From NCBI GenBank assembly GCA_049999805.1, contig JBNGIO010006185.1:250019-270018 (forward strand): DNA of 20,000 nucleotides, written 5' to 3'. The notes beneath the pieces were generated by a model, which worked only from the letters and a program-made list of their open reading frames with translations, was not told the DNA's origin and searched no databases. A program made the translations under genes and the position numbers. How positions within the stretch are numbered: position 1 is the first letter of the stretch; each line of letters opens with the position of its first letter. The stretch is from Folioceros fuciformis. Its lineage: Eukaryota. Positions 19,759 to 20,000 of the stretch are shown here, piece after piece.

Positions 19759-20000
19759 GTACGTGACCCTTTGTAACATGGTATGTGACCCTTTGTAACA
19801 TGGTTCGTGACCCTTTGTAACATGGTACGTGACCCTTTGTAGCATGGTACGTGACCCTTTGTAACATGGTGCGTGACCCTTTGTAACATGGTACGTGACC
19901 CTTTGTAACATGGTACGTGACCCTTTGTAGCATGGTACGTGACCCTTTGTAACATGGTGCGTGACCCTTTGTAACATGGTACGTGACCCTTTGTAACATG
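19759..20000. repeat. 22-bp tandem repeat (minisatellite/satellite), consensus GTACGTGACCCTTTGTAACATG, 11 units, reaching the window edge
   Basis: Eleven contiguous 22-bp units, each with at most one substitution from consensus and no spacers. Confidence 0.97.

Noticed and set aside
19669..19999. Repetitive ORFs (MLQRVTYHVTKGH...) on the minus strand in all three frames
   Set aside because: They are a by-product of a 22-bp repeat lacking stops on that strand; there is no independent coding evidence.
19759..20000. CRISPR array
   Set aside because: The units are contiguous with no unique spacers, there are no cas genes, and the context is eukaryotic.

Overview
Gene-dense eukaryotic nuclear DNA from a land plant. 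GC is about 50%, introns are GT-AG and mostly 75-145 bp, and 8 protein genes lie in about 18.5 kb. This fits a compact bryophyte genome such as a hornwort (inference). In order: a TRM5-family gene (-) that seems to lack its SAM-binding domain; ELP6 (+), head-to-head with it; a SirB1/transglutaminase-like TPR protein (-); an unrecognised protein with a single DnaJ-type Zn finger and an S/P/R-rich region (-); an intronless LRRC40-like LRR protein (-); an OCT7/NiaP-type MFS transporter (+); a GT29 sialyltransferase-like SIA2 (-); and an intronless ING2 (+) whose ATG is only 91 bp from that of SIA2. The window ends in a 35-bp imperfect inverted repeat, an AT-rich segment and a 22-bp tandem array with an 88-bp higher-order period. 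Exon models were built by hand from splice signals, frame continuity and recalled Arabidopsis homologues; no database search was run.
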